From contig JBDTNB010000008.1 in the NCBI GenBank assembly GCA_039933955.1, forward strand, positions 20,396 through 84,395: a stretch of 64,000 bases of DNA. The letters run 5' to 3'. The position numbers were made by a program, and so were the translations under genes. Position 1 is the stretch's first letter. The number at the start of each line of letters is the position of its first letter. The DNA is from Chloroflexota bacterium. Lineage in GTDB: Bacteria; Chloroflexota; Anaerolineae; Aggregatilineales; Phototrophicaceae. Of the stretch, positions 20,126 through 29,461 are shown in pieces. Under the pieces are notes generated by a model. It saw only the letters and a program-made list of their open reading frames with translations, was not told where the DNA came from and made no database searches.

Positions 20126-20833
20126 TCAGACATTTTGCTTTTTGCGTCGAGCTAATTCGTTTACTTCGTCTCTATAGGGTTCGATTTTATCCTGCTCTAA
20201 GTATAGCCAGGTAAGTGCGTTTTTTGAGATGTCACCCTGAGTTTCAGTATAGGGGACAAGATAATGCACGGAAATTTTAAACCCTTTACGATTAACTTTA
20301 ATGTTATTTTCCTGCTTTCTCAAATCTGCTTCGCACTCTCCACAAGGTTTTCGTTCCGACGATATCTGAAAATCATTATCGCCACCACCTTTACTCAAAT
20401 ACGTCATTAGAATTTGCGGTTCAGCATGAGTATTTGATTTACTCATCGCTTGATTACTAGAACGATTTTCAATCTCAAATGCTGCATTTTTCCCTAAGTC
20501 GCCACGGGCGCCAAAACCTAAATCTTCACGAGTCCGCCACAACGCGCCACTATGCGATTCTATATCGGCGTCTCCAACTTGTTGTTGAGAATAACGCTGC
20601 ACACGTACCTCTTGCCTTGTCGAGGATATAAGTCGCTGAACTGCCGCGTTTCCAATGGTGCGCTGGAGTTGCAAGATGTTAGCAGGCGTCAGCAAACGGC
20701 GATCTAGTTTCATCTGTTGGACAAGAGAGGGGAGGGGTGTTTCCTGGTCGAGCGAGTCGGGTGCGGCGGTGTAGGGTGTGCGCTGGTCGGCGGGTTTGGT
20801 AGTGGGGGCGTGGGTGTTTTCAGCGCCAGTCAT
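20126..20833 (-). CDS. Putative secreted deaminase toxin with an LQRxxGN leader
   Basis: ILQLQRTIGNAAVQR; HAE...SERKPCGEC zinc-deaminase motif; AT-rich C-terminal half. Confidence 0.7.
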   Translation of the reverse strand: MTGAENTHAPTTKPADQRTPYTAAPDSLDQETPLPSLVQQMKLDRRLLTPANILQLQRTIGNAAVQRLISSTRQEVRVQRYSQQQVGDADIESHSGALWRTREDLGFGARGDLGKNAAFEIENRSSNQAMSKSNTHAEPQILMTYLSKGGGDNDFQISSERKPCGECEADLRKQENNIKVNRKGFKISVHYLVPYTETQGDISKNALTWLYLEQDKIEPYRDEVNELARRKKQNV

Positions 20834-21253
20834 GATGTAGCCTCACTTGAACAGCACTTAAGGTATAGATAAATACTAATAATAACCAGGGCGTTATTGA
20901 AAGTAAATTTCAGTTTCGCAATGTAATACCGCTGGAAATAAAGATCTCATTTGTGAATTTTCCCTCAAATTTTTACGTAATTCGTGAAATCTAAATGGAC
21001 ATTAGGGCTTATAGTCATATACTTGCTTATATGTAAGATTTCGCAAGATTTGCATGTAACAAAGCCGCAAATTGCAGAATGTTTTTGGCTGTCCCACCAG
21101 CCGGATAAAAAATATTTCACGGGCAGTACGCCATGCTGCTCCTTATCCGACGATACTCGGCAGCCCAGGCGGTGATGGCTGACAGTCAGAAGTTCCATAG
21201 GCAGCGTCACGACAATCTATGTCCGAAGGGTGTTGTAGGAGAGGTCGATTTTT

Positions 21254-21706
21254 ATGGGATACGAAGTTTCCTGGTACATTCCGGGGCGCGTGGTTGTGGC
21301 AACTTTTACGGGCACGATTACACCTGAAGAAGCCGAAGCCTGTAGCACCCAGGTCGCAGATTTCATTCAGGCTGGAGAGGGGCCGCTGGTACACCTGATC
21401 GCCGATACCACCGGTATGGAACGCTTCCCCACCAATTTGAATCTGCTCAACCGCAGCGCGTCCAAACATCTGTGGCAGCCGAAATTGGGCTGGACGATTG
21501 TCATCAGCACCAATTCCACCACGCGCTGGATCAGCGGCATCATCACGCAAGTGGCGCGCGTCCGCTTTCGCATGTTCCCGGCATTCAACGATGGTGTACT
21601 GTTTTTAGCGGATCAAGACTCGACTGTCCGTGAGCAATTACCCGTGCGTAACAAGGTAGCAACGCCGACACCTACGCCGACACCTGCGACTACGCCGACA
21701 CCTTAA
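21254..21706 (+). CDS. STAS/SEC14 (SpoIIAA-like) protein with a TP-repeat tail
   Basis: WYIPGRVV..F.G.IT, VHLIAD, RMF....G..FL pattern; AGGAGAGG RBS. Confidence 0.6.
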   Translation: MGYEVSWYIPGRVVVATFTGTITPEEAEACSTQVADFIQAGEGPLVHLIADTTGMERFPTNLNLLNRSASKHLWQPKLGWTIVISTNSTTRWISGIITQVARVRFRMFPAFNDGVLFLADQDSTVREQLPVRNKVATPTPTPTPATTPTP

Positions 21707-21781
21707 AAGTCTATCGGTATCAACGTTCTCTCATTCTACTAAGGAGGAATCGGGCGTAACCGCCGAGATTTCTACATCAAT

Positions 21782-23104
21782 ATGACGACTAAGGAGCTTA
21801 CCGTGAGTTTGCATGATGAAATCGCCAAAGCGACCATCGAAAGTGTGCGCAGCAGCTTGATGCGCCATATGCCTGCCAGCCACCTCCGGGACTATTATGT
21901 CTGGGGTATTTCCAAAGAAAATCCGCATCGCGACGATTTCCTGCAAATGGTGGGCATCAACCAGTTAATTAACCTCTCCTCACAGATGATTGGCGACCTG
22001 ATCGAGCCGGAAAACCGGCAGACGATTGCCCAATACTGCGGGCGGATTAATGCTTATTTTCTGTATGAAATTATGTCCGATAATCTGGCGAACGGTTTGT
22101 CGTCGCTGTGCGTTATCGACGAAAATGCGTCTGTGCGCCACGATATTCTGCATACCTTCAATCAAGTCATGGTTGGGCGTTTGAAGGGTGAGCACAAGGC
22201 CACCACTCAATTATTGAAGCCGATTGAAGATCTGACCAAAAATATCTCGTGCTTTGCCCAGAGTATGACCCCGCGCAAACATCAGGTTTGCCTGGAAGCC
22301 TACCTGGAACTGCATCCCAAAGTGGATCACAAACAAATTGAATATGGGATTTGGCCGATCCTGGTCGCCAATATCGAGTCGTGCTACGAACTGTCGGAAT
22401 ACATGAGCCATTTCCAGGTTGGCGAGCAAATGACCCAGGGTTTCATTGACCGCTACGAAGGCGTGAACCGTACCCTGGAAGTGGATCGTGGTTTGCCGCT
22501 GGATGAATTGGTGCGCATGGGGATGCAGACGGCGTCGGTGATCCCGGTGCTGGCTTATTTTGGGGGCGTGCTGACCGAAATTATCGGCACGGAACCCCAG
22601 CTCAATCTGGTCATCCAGGATGGCACGCTGGCCGATGCGTTGATGACTTCCGCCGTGATTGTGCGGCTGGTCAATGATGTCGGGATGCTGCTGATGCTGT
22701 CGCAAAATGAGCGTAAAGTCGTGATGGACAGCCTGCGCGACCATCATCGCCAGAATGAAGCTGACATCGACGCGATTGACTATATGCTGATGAGTGCGCC
22801 CGACGAATTCGCGATGCTGACCCGCTTGCAGAAAGATTTGATGCACGGCGAATTCAATATCGCGCTGCACAATCTGGCCTATTCCAACACGATGGGGGAG
22901 GCGCTGACGCTGCTGGAAAACAACATCGCCAACCTGTCAGAGATGTATTATCGCTCGCAGGCGCATTTGCACGATCTGCTGGCCTCGATTGACCGCCGTC
23001 TTGCCAACCGCACTTTAAGCAATCTGATCGCCGGTTTCGTGCGCTTCCACGAGATGATTTACGCCGAGCCGTACAATTCGACCATCGGCGAGTACGTGGC
23101 GTAA
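21782..23104 (+). CDS. All-alpha hypothetical protein, possibly class I isoprenoid-synthase fold
   Basis: 440 aa helical ORF; EIMSDN and RLVNDVG motifs; terminator at 23142-23168. Confidence 0.45.
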   Translation: MTTKELTVSLHDEIAKATIESVRSSLMRHMPASHLRDYYVWGISKENPHRDDFLQMVGINQLINLSSQMIGDLIEPENRQTIAQYCGRINAYFLYEIMSDNLANGLSSLCVIDENASVRHDILHTFNQVMVGRLKGEHKATTQLLKPIEDLTKNISCFAQSMTPRKHQVCLEAYLELHPKVDHKQIEYGIWPILVANIESCYELSEYMSHFQVGEQMTQGFIDRYEGVNRTLEVDRGLPLDELVRMGMQTASVIPVLAYFGGVLTEIIGTEPQLNLVIQDGTLADALMTSAVIVRLVNDVGMLLMLSQNERKVVMDSLRDHHRQNEADIDAIDYMLMSAPDEFAMLTRLQKDLMHGEFNIALHNLAYSNTMGEALTLLENNIANLSEMYYRSQAHLHDLLASIDRRLANRTLSNLIAGFVRFHEMIYAEPYNSTIGEYVA

Positions 23105-23271
23105 GCGATGAGCTTTTAACTAAAAGACGAATTCATCGGAACACGGGGCAAACGTCCCGTGTTTTTTATTCCACGACTTTACACGCTTTTAACTTGATTT
23201 TTCCATCCTGCTGAGATTATACTTCAATTACAATTGGTTCAAATTAAATTGAAGCATATTCGAGGTATGAG

Positions 23272-23721
23272 ATGGACAAGCAGAAAGTCCTGTTTCTTTG
23301 CACGGGCAATTCGGCGCGGTCACAAATGGCGGAAGCGCTGCTGCGGCATCAGGCGGGCGACCCGTTTGAGGTGTTCAGCGCCGGACTCGAACCGAAAGGC
23401 GTGAATCCTTTTGCGATTCGGGCGATGGACGAAGTTGGAATCGACATCCGGGGACAGTGGTCAAAAAGCACGAAAGAATATATGGGGCGGGTGGCTTTTA
23501 ACTACGTCATCACGGTTTGCGGTAACGCCGACAAAACCTGCCCGCAGGCGCTTTGGACGACACCTGGAACCCGCAAACTCCATTGGCCGTTTGAAGACCC
23601 TGCCGCCGTTGAAGGCTCAGACGACCAAAAAATAACCGCTTTTCGCGATATTCGCGACCAGATGGACACAAAAATTCAATTCTGGCTGCGCGAGTTGGAG
23701 GCTCAGAAAGCGAATGCTTGA
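23272..23721 (+). CDS. arsC: Arsenate reductase (LMW-PTP fold)
   Basis: FLCTGNSARSQMAE, ITVC...CP, HWPFEDP. Confidence 0.92.
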   Translation: MDKQKVLFLCTGNSARSQMAEALLRHQAGDPFEVFSAGLEPKGVNPFAIRAMDEVGIDIRGQWSKSTKEYMGRVAFNYVITVCGNADKTCPQALWTTPGTRKLHWPFEDPAAVEGSDDQKITAFRDIRDQMDTKIQFWLRELEAQKANA

Positions 23722-24478
23722 GCAGCCGATTCCATTATCCGCCGCGCCCGAATTTATCAAGCTGCTGGCGCATGATTTACGCTGGCATTTGCTCAAAGCG
23801 CTGACGATCAGCGACCAGCGTGTGCAGGAATTGGTGACGCTGGTTGGTGAGCCGATGAATCTGGTATCGTACCATCTCAAAAAATTGCGCGATGATGGCG
23901 TGGTCACAATGCGCCGCAGCGAAGCCGATGGGCGCGATGTGTATTACAGCCTGGATATGGGCAGACTCCGTGCGTTGTATCAGGCGGCGGGCGCGGCACT
24001 GCATCCGGCGATAGGGCAGGGAGCTGATTTACCGCTGTTGCTGCCGATAATCTCAAAACGGGTGTTATTTGTTTGCACGCATAACAGCGCCCGTTCGCAG
24101 ATGGCGGAAGGGCTGCTGCGGCAGGCTGCCGGTCAGCAAATCGACGTATACAGTGCGGGCAGCAATCCGACTCAGCTTCACCCGGACGCGATTCGCACAA
24201 TGGATGCCCTGGGAATCAACATTCGCGGGCAGCAATCCAAATCCCTGGGCGATTTTGAAAGTCAGGCTTTTGATTACGTGATTACGGTTTGTGATCGGGC
24301 ACGCGAAATCTGTCCGGTGGTTCCGGGGGATAGCATACAAATCCACTGGGGCTTTGTTGATCCGACCAAAATCGCGGATACGGGCGAACGCCAACGCGCA
24401 TTTGACCAGATTGCGCAGCAACTGACCTCGCGCATCGAGTATTTTCTCGTCAGTATCGGGGAACAGTCTGTTGAATAA
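23714..24478 (+). CDS. arsR: ArsR HTH fused to an ArsC-like domain
   Basis: LVSYHLKKLRDDGVV...GRDVYYSL followed by FVCTHNSARSQMAE. Confidence 0.85.
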   Translation: MLEQPIPLSAAPEFIKLLAHDLRWHLLKALTISDQRVQELVTLVGEPMNLVSYHLKKLRDDGVVTMRRSEADGRDVYYSLDMGRLRALYQAAGAALHPAIGQGADLPLLLPIISKRVLFVCTHNSARSQMAEGLLRQAAGQQIDVYSAGSNPTQLHPDAIRTMDALGINIRGQQSKSLGDFESQAFDYVITVCDRAREICPVVPGDSIQIHWGFVDPTKIADTGERQRAFDQIAQQLTSRIEYFLVSIGEQSVE

Positions 24479-25136
24479 AGCACTTTTGCGGCGGACTGTC
24501 GCCGAACTGGTCGGCACATATGGATTGGTGACGGCGGGCTGCGGCGCAATTATGGTCAACAGCCAGACCCATGCGCTGGGGCATGTGGGCGTCGCGCTGA
24601 CCTTCGGCCTGATTATTCTGGCGATGATCGCGGCTTTGGGGCATATCAGCGGCGCGCATTTCAACCCGGCGGTCACAATCGCCTTTACGCTGACCCGCCA
24701 TTTCCCCTGGCGCGAGATGATCTGGTACGTGGGCGGTCAAGTAATCGGCGCGGTGTTGGGTGCGCTGACGCTGCGCCTTTTGATCGGCGATGTCGCCCAA
24801 CTTGGCGCGACTCTGCCATCCAACACGCCGATGCAATCCTTTGGCCTGGAAATTTTGCTCACGGCGGTGCTGATGCTGGTCATCATCTCGGTGGCGACGG
24901 ACACCCGCGCAGTGGGGACACCGGCGGCGATGGCGATTGGGTTCACGGTTGCGCTCGATGCCCTGTGGGGGGGGCCGATCAGCGGCGCGTCGATGAATCC
25001 GGCGCGTTCTTTTGGCCCTGCGCTGGTTGCTGGCGTCTGGAACGATCAATGGATTTACTGGATTGCGCCCGTGATTGGCGCGGCGATTGGCGCATTCCTG
25101 TATCAATTTTTGCGCGGTGAAAAAGAAGCCGGATAA
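24471..25136 (+). CDS. MIP/aquaporin channel, probable arsenite efflux
   Basis: SGAHFNPA and SMNPARS NPA motifs; in the ars operon. Confidence 0.9.
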   Translation: MNKALLRRTVAELVGTYGLVTAGCGAIMVNSQTHALGHVGVALTFGLIILAMIAALGHISGAHFNPAVTIAFTLTRHFPWREMIWYVGGQVIGAVLGALTLRLLIGDVAQLGATLPSNTPMQSFGLEILLTAVLMLVIISVATDTRAVGTPAAMAIGFTVALDALWGGPISGASMNPARSFGPALVAGVWNDQWIYWIAPVIGAAIGAFLYQFLRGEKEAG

Positions 25137-25209
25137 TATTTCGTCTCTGCTTAAGCAGTTAGCTAAAAGAAACCTTCATCTGAACAGGGGGCGTAATGCC
25201 TCCTGTTTT

Positions 25210-25758
25210 TTATTCAGCAAAAAGGTCACGGACGGGGAGTCTAAAATCGGGCAGTACCGCGCCGCCATCTAATGTGTCGTCAATGCCGAGCGTGCGCGGC
25301 GGCTGACCGGGCGCGTACACATCAATGCTTTTGGATTTCGAGTACATTTCCCAATATAGTATTCCAGCCTGAATATAAATTTGCCGCTTGGCACGGATGT
25401 CGGGTGCTTTGTCGGTGGGAGATACGACCTCGACAACCCATAACGGCGGTTCGGGATCGGGATAATCATCACTCATTGGAGTGGGCTTGTAGGCGAAATC
25501 GGGTACAACCACATGACCTTGGATCTCATACGTACCGTCCGCACCGCTGGTATGGCAGGGTAGGTTATGCGCTCTACAAAATATATGTACTTCTACTGTG
25601 ATGAGCTGTCCAAATTCAGAGTTGCGGGTTCTACTTGGCGACACTTCCACAATCTCCCCGTTGATGAGTTCAAGTACCTGGTCACTATTTTCAGGCTGCT
25701 CGACATACTCTCGAAATTGGTCGATAGTCATGGGTCTGGTTTGCTCGGCTGCAACCAT
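25210..25758 (-). CDS. Uma2 family protein
   Basis: LELINGEIVE, PDFAY, VVEVVSP, LDGGAVLPDF. Confidence 0.88.
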   Translation of the reverse strand: MVAAEQTRPMTIDQFREYVEQPENSDQVLELINGEIVEVSPSRTRNSEFGQLITVEVHIFCRAHNLPCHTSGADGTYEIQGHVVVPDFAYKPTPMSDDYPDPEPPLWVVEVVSPTDKAPDIRAKRQIYIQAGILYWEMYSKSKSIDVYAPGQPPRTLGIDDTLDGGAVLPDFRLPVRDLFAE

Positions 25759-26066
25759 ACACTGTCCCTCACACTTTTGTCTTGATTATACTACGACTTT
25801 ACGACCCATCCGCTGGTGACGGGGCAGGGCGTATCTCATTTCAGAGTTCCGGTTCGGAGGATACCGCCGCTTCGTGAAACCAGATGCCCCACACACAGGC
25901 ATTGCGCCAGCACATCACCACTCAGGGCGACCCCAATCCGTCTCATGAAGAAACTGCGTAAAATCATCCTGTATATCATCGGGGCAATCTGATCCCGGTG
26001 ACGTAACAAAAAGGACGTGTCATACATAGGCAGACACGTCCTTTTGATTCACTAAGCGTTTTTTGC

Positions 26067-26555
26067 TTATACGGCCTGGAGGTTGACCGTGCTTTCGGCC
26101 ACACTGGTCAGCTTCTCGTCGGCAGCTTTTTCTTCGCTCAAGGTTTCTTTGAACGCTCTGGCAGCGTCGTCCAGACCCAGCAAATTGGCATAGGCAATCA
26201 GTGTGCCGTAGGCCGAAATTTCGTAATGCTCAACCTTTTGCGCGGCGGCGATCAAGCCCGCATCCCGCACTTCCGGTTCGGCATCTTCTTTAATCATTTC
26301 CGAACCTTCTTCGAGCAAGCCCTGCATACCCTTGCAGGTTTTGCGAGTCGGCTTTTTGCCCTGAGTTTCGAAGACCATTTCCAGGCGCTTGATGTGATTC
26401 TCGGTCTCCTTGAGATGCTTCTCGAAGGCCGTTTTCAACCCCGAATCGTGGGCGGCTTTCGCCATTTTAGGCAGCGCCTTTGTGATTTGATTTTCGGCGT
26501 CATAGGTGTCTTTTAACACATCCATGAACAAGTCTTGCAGTGTTTTCAATTCCAT
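26067..26555 (-). CDS. Ferritin-like DUF892 (YciE/YciF) protein
   Basis: LKDTYDAE.Q, HLKET..H, CKGMQGL, QKVEHYEI. Confidence 0.9.
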   Translation of the reverse strand: MELKTLQDLFMDVLKDTYDAENQITKALPKMAKAAHDSGLKTAFEKHLKETENHIKRLEMVFETQGKKPTRKTCKGMQGLLEEGSEMIKEDAEPEVRDAGLIAAAQKVEHYEISAYGTLIAYANLLGLDDAARAFKETLSEEKAADEKLTSVAESTVNLQAV

Positions 26556-26746
26556 TTCACCATCTCCTTACATAACAATAAACCTTCATACCCAGAGTAC
26601 AGAACCCATATAAGATGGATGTTAGCGAGTGTCCGATTCTGTGTTGTGATTTTCTCAGAATTCGCAAAACCGATGTGTATGGAAAATGTAAAAGGACGTG
26701 CCTGTATGCACATGGCACGTCCCTATGGGTCATCGGATTTTGATAG

Positions 26747-27235
26747 TTAGGCGGCGCGGACGTTGACGGTATTTTCCGCCAGATGGGTGAGCTTTTCGTC
26801 AATCGCTTTTTCTTCATCAATGGTTTCATGCAGCGTTTTGGCGGCGCTGTCCCAGCCCAGCAAATTGGCATAGGAGATGAGTGTGCCATAGGCCGCGATT
26901 TCGTAATGCTCGACCTTTTGTGCGGCGGCGATCAAACCAGCGTCCATTAATTCTGACGGGACATCCGCTTTCATCAATTCAGCGCCTTCTGCGATCAGGG
27001 CTTGCATCCCTTTACAGGCTTTTCGGCTGGGTTCGAGGTTCTGGCTTTCGAAGACCATGACCAGCCTGTGGATGTGATTTTCGGTTTCCGCCAGATGTTC
27101 CTCAAAGGCGGTTGTCAGACGGATGCTTTTCGCGGCGTGTGCCAATTTTGGCAGTGCCGCCGCGATCTGGTGCTCGACATCATAGGTATCTTTCAACATG
27201 TCGATGAACAAATCCTGTAGGGTTTTTGTTTCCAT
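26747..27235 (-). CDS. Ferritin-like DUF892 protein, tandem paralog
   Basis: Same motifs as 26067..26555; likely start METKTL. Confidence 0.88.
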   Translation of the reverse strand: METKTLQDLFIDMLKDTYDVEHQIAAALPKLAHAAKSIRLTTAFEEHLAETENHIHRLVMVFESQNLEPSRKACKGMQALIAEGAELMKADVPSELMDAGLIAAAQKVEHYEIAAYGTLISYANLLGWDSAAKTLHETIDEEKAIDEKLTHLAENTVNVRAA

Positions 27236-27566
27236 CTCGCTATCTCCACACATTAAGCCGTGAAGGGTTAGCGTACACCATGCGCGTAAGATAGATGTTA
27301 GCGGATAAGTCGATAGTCAAAAGACAAATCCAAAAGACGCAGAGAACACAGAGGAGGGGAGGGGAAAGATGAAAAGCGTAACACAAAGGCACAAAGGGAT
27401 GCATTAAGGCGGCACAACGGGCGAAACTTTTGAACTCCAACAACAACAACACCCAAACGCATTGATCAAAAATCTACCCTGAGGCGACAACCAACGCGAA
27501 ACTATTACAGGCTCCCTCAGGTCATGTATAATGATGATAGGAAACCGCCAAGAATCCTAGAGACTA

Positions 27567-27791
27567 ATGGAACACACGAACGACGACATTTGGGTGAGTA
27601 CCAGTGAAGGTGCAGAACTCACAGGATATAACCGCGACCACGTTCAAAAATTAGCACGCGACAATTGGAACCGAGATGAAAATCAGCGTCTAATTAAAGT
27701 AAAAAAACGGGCACGCGGTTACGATATATGGTTGCCTGATCTCGTCCGTTACATCGAAAAGTACGGCTACGGCCCACATCAAAATGAATAG
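27567..27791 (+). CDS. Small excisionase-like HTH protein, module copy 2
   Basis: WVSTSEGAELTGYN...GYDIWLPDLVRY..GP; TATAAT at 27527; leader taggaaac.cgccaagaatccta shared with copy 1. Confidence 0.87.
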   Translation: MEHTNDDIWVSTSEGAELTGYNRDHVQKLARDNWNRDENQRLIKVKKRARGYDIWLPDLVRYIEKYGYGPHQNE

Positions 27792-27792
27792 C

Positions 27793-27821
27793 TTGACATT
27801 ACCATAGTTGTGTGGTATTTT
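27793..27821 (+). promoter_or_regulatory. sigma70 promoter, copy 2
   Basis: TTGACA-17-TATTTT with extended TG. Confidence 0.75.
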
Positions 27822-27827
27822 CTTTCA

Positions 27828-28153
27828 TAAGCACGTTGCCAAATGTGTTAGCCAGAAAAAACCAAACGCCCCGTATAGCAAGTACGGGGCGTCGGGGTTT
27901 GCAGTGTCCAGGTTGGACGTGCAATGTTTGCAGATTGCACGGTAGCATACAACGATCTGGGATATTTGTAAAGCACCCAGGTCTGGCGAGGGGAGGTTCG
28001 GGCGCGTGGCTGCGTTCCTTGGTGTTCCCCCCGCTTGCGCCTAAGGTAAAGGGAACTGCTGAATTCCCGTTCGGCAGCGCCTTAGAAACTCCTGACAGCA
28101 GAGCGAAGCAAACTGTCTCTGGAAATTCGCGATTTCCAGGGGCAGTTTTTTTT
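27828..28153 (+). ncRNA. Structured RNA, module copy 2
   Basis: Covarying hairpins versus copies 1 and 4; terminator 28111-28153 with a T-run. Confidence 0.75.
27856..27972 (-). ncRNA. Antisense promoter and countertranscript, copy 2
   Basis: TTTACA(27972-67)-17-TATGCT(27949-44); ends in a hairpin plus T-tract. Confidence 0.65.
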
Positions 28154-28320
28154 AGTCACTAGTCGCCAGCTACGCTTCGCTAAGTTGCTAGTCAAAAGAT
28201 AAAAACAAAAGATTTTCACCACAGTCCCTACAGGAGGCTACGCACAGACACAGAGAACACAGAGGAGGGGAGGGGAAAGATGAAAATCCATCGTTTCCTG
28301 TCTTTTACTCATCACTTCTC

Positions 28321-29451
28321 TCATCCATGCGTCTGCCAGGGGAAGTACAGATAGGTCATATTCGGGCCGCTGGTTTCTTTGGTGAGCGTCGCCAGATTGA
28401 CCGGCGTGCTGTGCATATTGTCGGTGATCCACACGCCGGATGCATCGGCACGTTCGACATACATCAGATGGCCGAAAACGTGATTGGCGTAGCTGTGGGT
28501 TTTTTCCATCACCAGCACCGAGCCGACCAGCGGCACATTCCCGGACGTGATACCGTACTGGGGCAGGGCGGCGGCGCGGTCATTCCATAAATACGCATTG
28601 GCCGCCATGCCATCGGGGATATGCATTTTGGTCACGATGTAATTTACGCAGTCCTGGGTATTGGTTTTGACCCAGGCCGCCGTCTGACCGCTTTCCATCT
28701 GCTGAATCAAATGGATGTCGGCGTTCATCCCCGGCATGACGCGGTTGAGGCGCGTCGTCAGCACATCGACACTCCCGCCCAACGACTCGACTCGTCCCTG
28801 CGCGGCGCTGATTTGCGCATCCAACTGTTTGATCTGGTCTTGCAGCGCGGCGACACGCGGCACAGCGCTCAGGTTGGTTTTGGGATCGTAACTTAAAAGT
28901 CGATTTTTCAACGCGGTCAAATCGGCCTGCACGGTTGTACGCTGGGCGGTCAAGGTGTTGACCTGCGTTTGGGCATCGGTCAGCGCGGATTTATCCAGTA
29001 AAAGTTGATTGAACAGGGGACGGTTGGCGGCGTTCAGATAAATATTGGGATTATCGAGGATTCCAGGCTGCACCGGCAGCAGTGGAGCAGGGGGCGCGAC
29101 GGCGCTGGCGAGCGCATTCATATCGGTCAGATTGCGCCCACTGGCTTTGTACAGCGCGTCCAATGTGGCGAAATGCGGCGTGATCGCCCGCTCGACATCA
29201 TCCGCCGCACCTGATAATTTCCCGGCAAAATCGCTCAAGGCGCGTGTCCAATCATCGACCCCAGCATACGACTGCGCGTAGAGTAGGGCGAAAGCCCCCG
29301 CGCCGCCATCGTAACCGGCGTCATACAGCGCCGCCACGATGCCCTTGACGCTCTGCACCGACACGTCGATACGCAAACTCGACAGCCGCATTTGTTCCGA
29401 TGCGCCGCGCAGGTCGGAGAGCTTTACCTGGATTTCGTCGGGCGTGGTCAT
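28321..29451 (-). CDS. WXG100-like N-terminus, coiled coil and C-terminal CHAP amidase
   Basis: IQVKLSDLRGAS...LSDFAGKLSGAADD; DCVNY, NAYLW, GHLMYVE CHAP motifs. Confidence 0.75.
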   Translation of the reverse strand: MTTPDEIQVKLSDLRGASEQMRLSSLRIDVSVQSVKGIVAALYDAGYDGGAGAFALLYAQSYAGVDDWTRALSDFAGKLSGAADDVERAITPHFATLDALYKASGRNLTDMNALASAVAPPAPLLPVQPGILDNPNIYLNAANRPLFNQLLLDKSALTDAQTQVNTLTAQRTTVQADLTALKNRLLSYDPKTNLSAVPRVAALQDQIKQLDAQISAAQGRVESLGGSVDVLTTRLNRVMPGMNADIHLIQQMESGQTAAWVKTNTQDCVNYIVTKMHIPDGMAANAYLWNDRAAALPQYGITSGNVPLVGSVLVMEKTHSYANHVFGHLMYVERADASGVWITDNMHSTPVNLATLTKETSGPNMTYLYFPWQTHG

Positions 29452-29461
29452 GTGCCGTTCC

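Larger units (their letters stand above)
27340..28286 (+). repeat. 36-bp perfect direct repeats flanking module copy 2 (27340-27375, 28251-28286)
   Basis: cagagaacacagaggaggggaggggaaagatgaaaa twice, each preceded by tagtcaaaaga...caaaaga. Confidence 0.85.

Noticed and set aside
27812-28162. Similar ORFs across module RNAs (LQCP.WT...GIFVK..GLA; also 47990-48253 and antisense ORFs 7436-7648, 47968-48186)
   Set aside because: No RBS, TTG/GTG starts and different stops. Copy 2 has separate 1-nt indels that scramble the local frame, the ORF is not seen in copies 3 and 5, and there is no hydrophobic toxin character. Better explained by RNA-level conservation, though not excluded without RNAcode or Ribo-seq.
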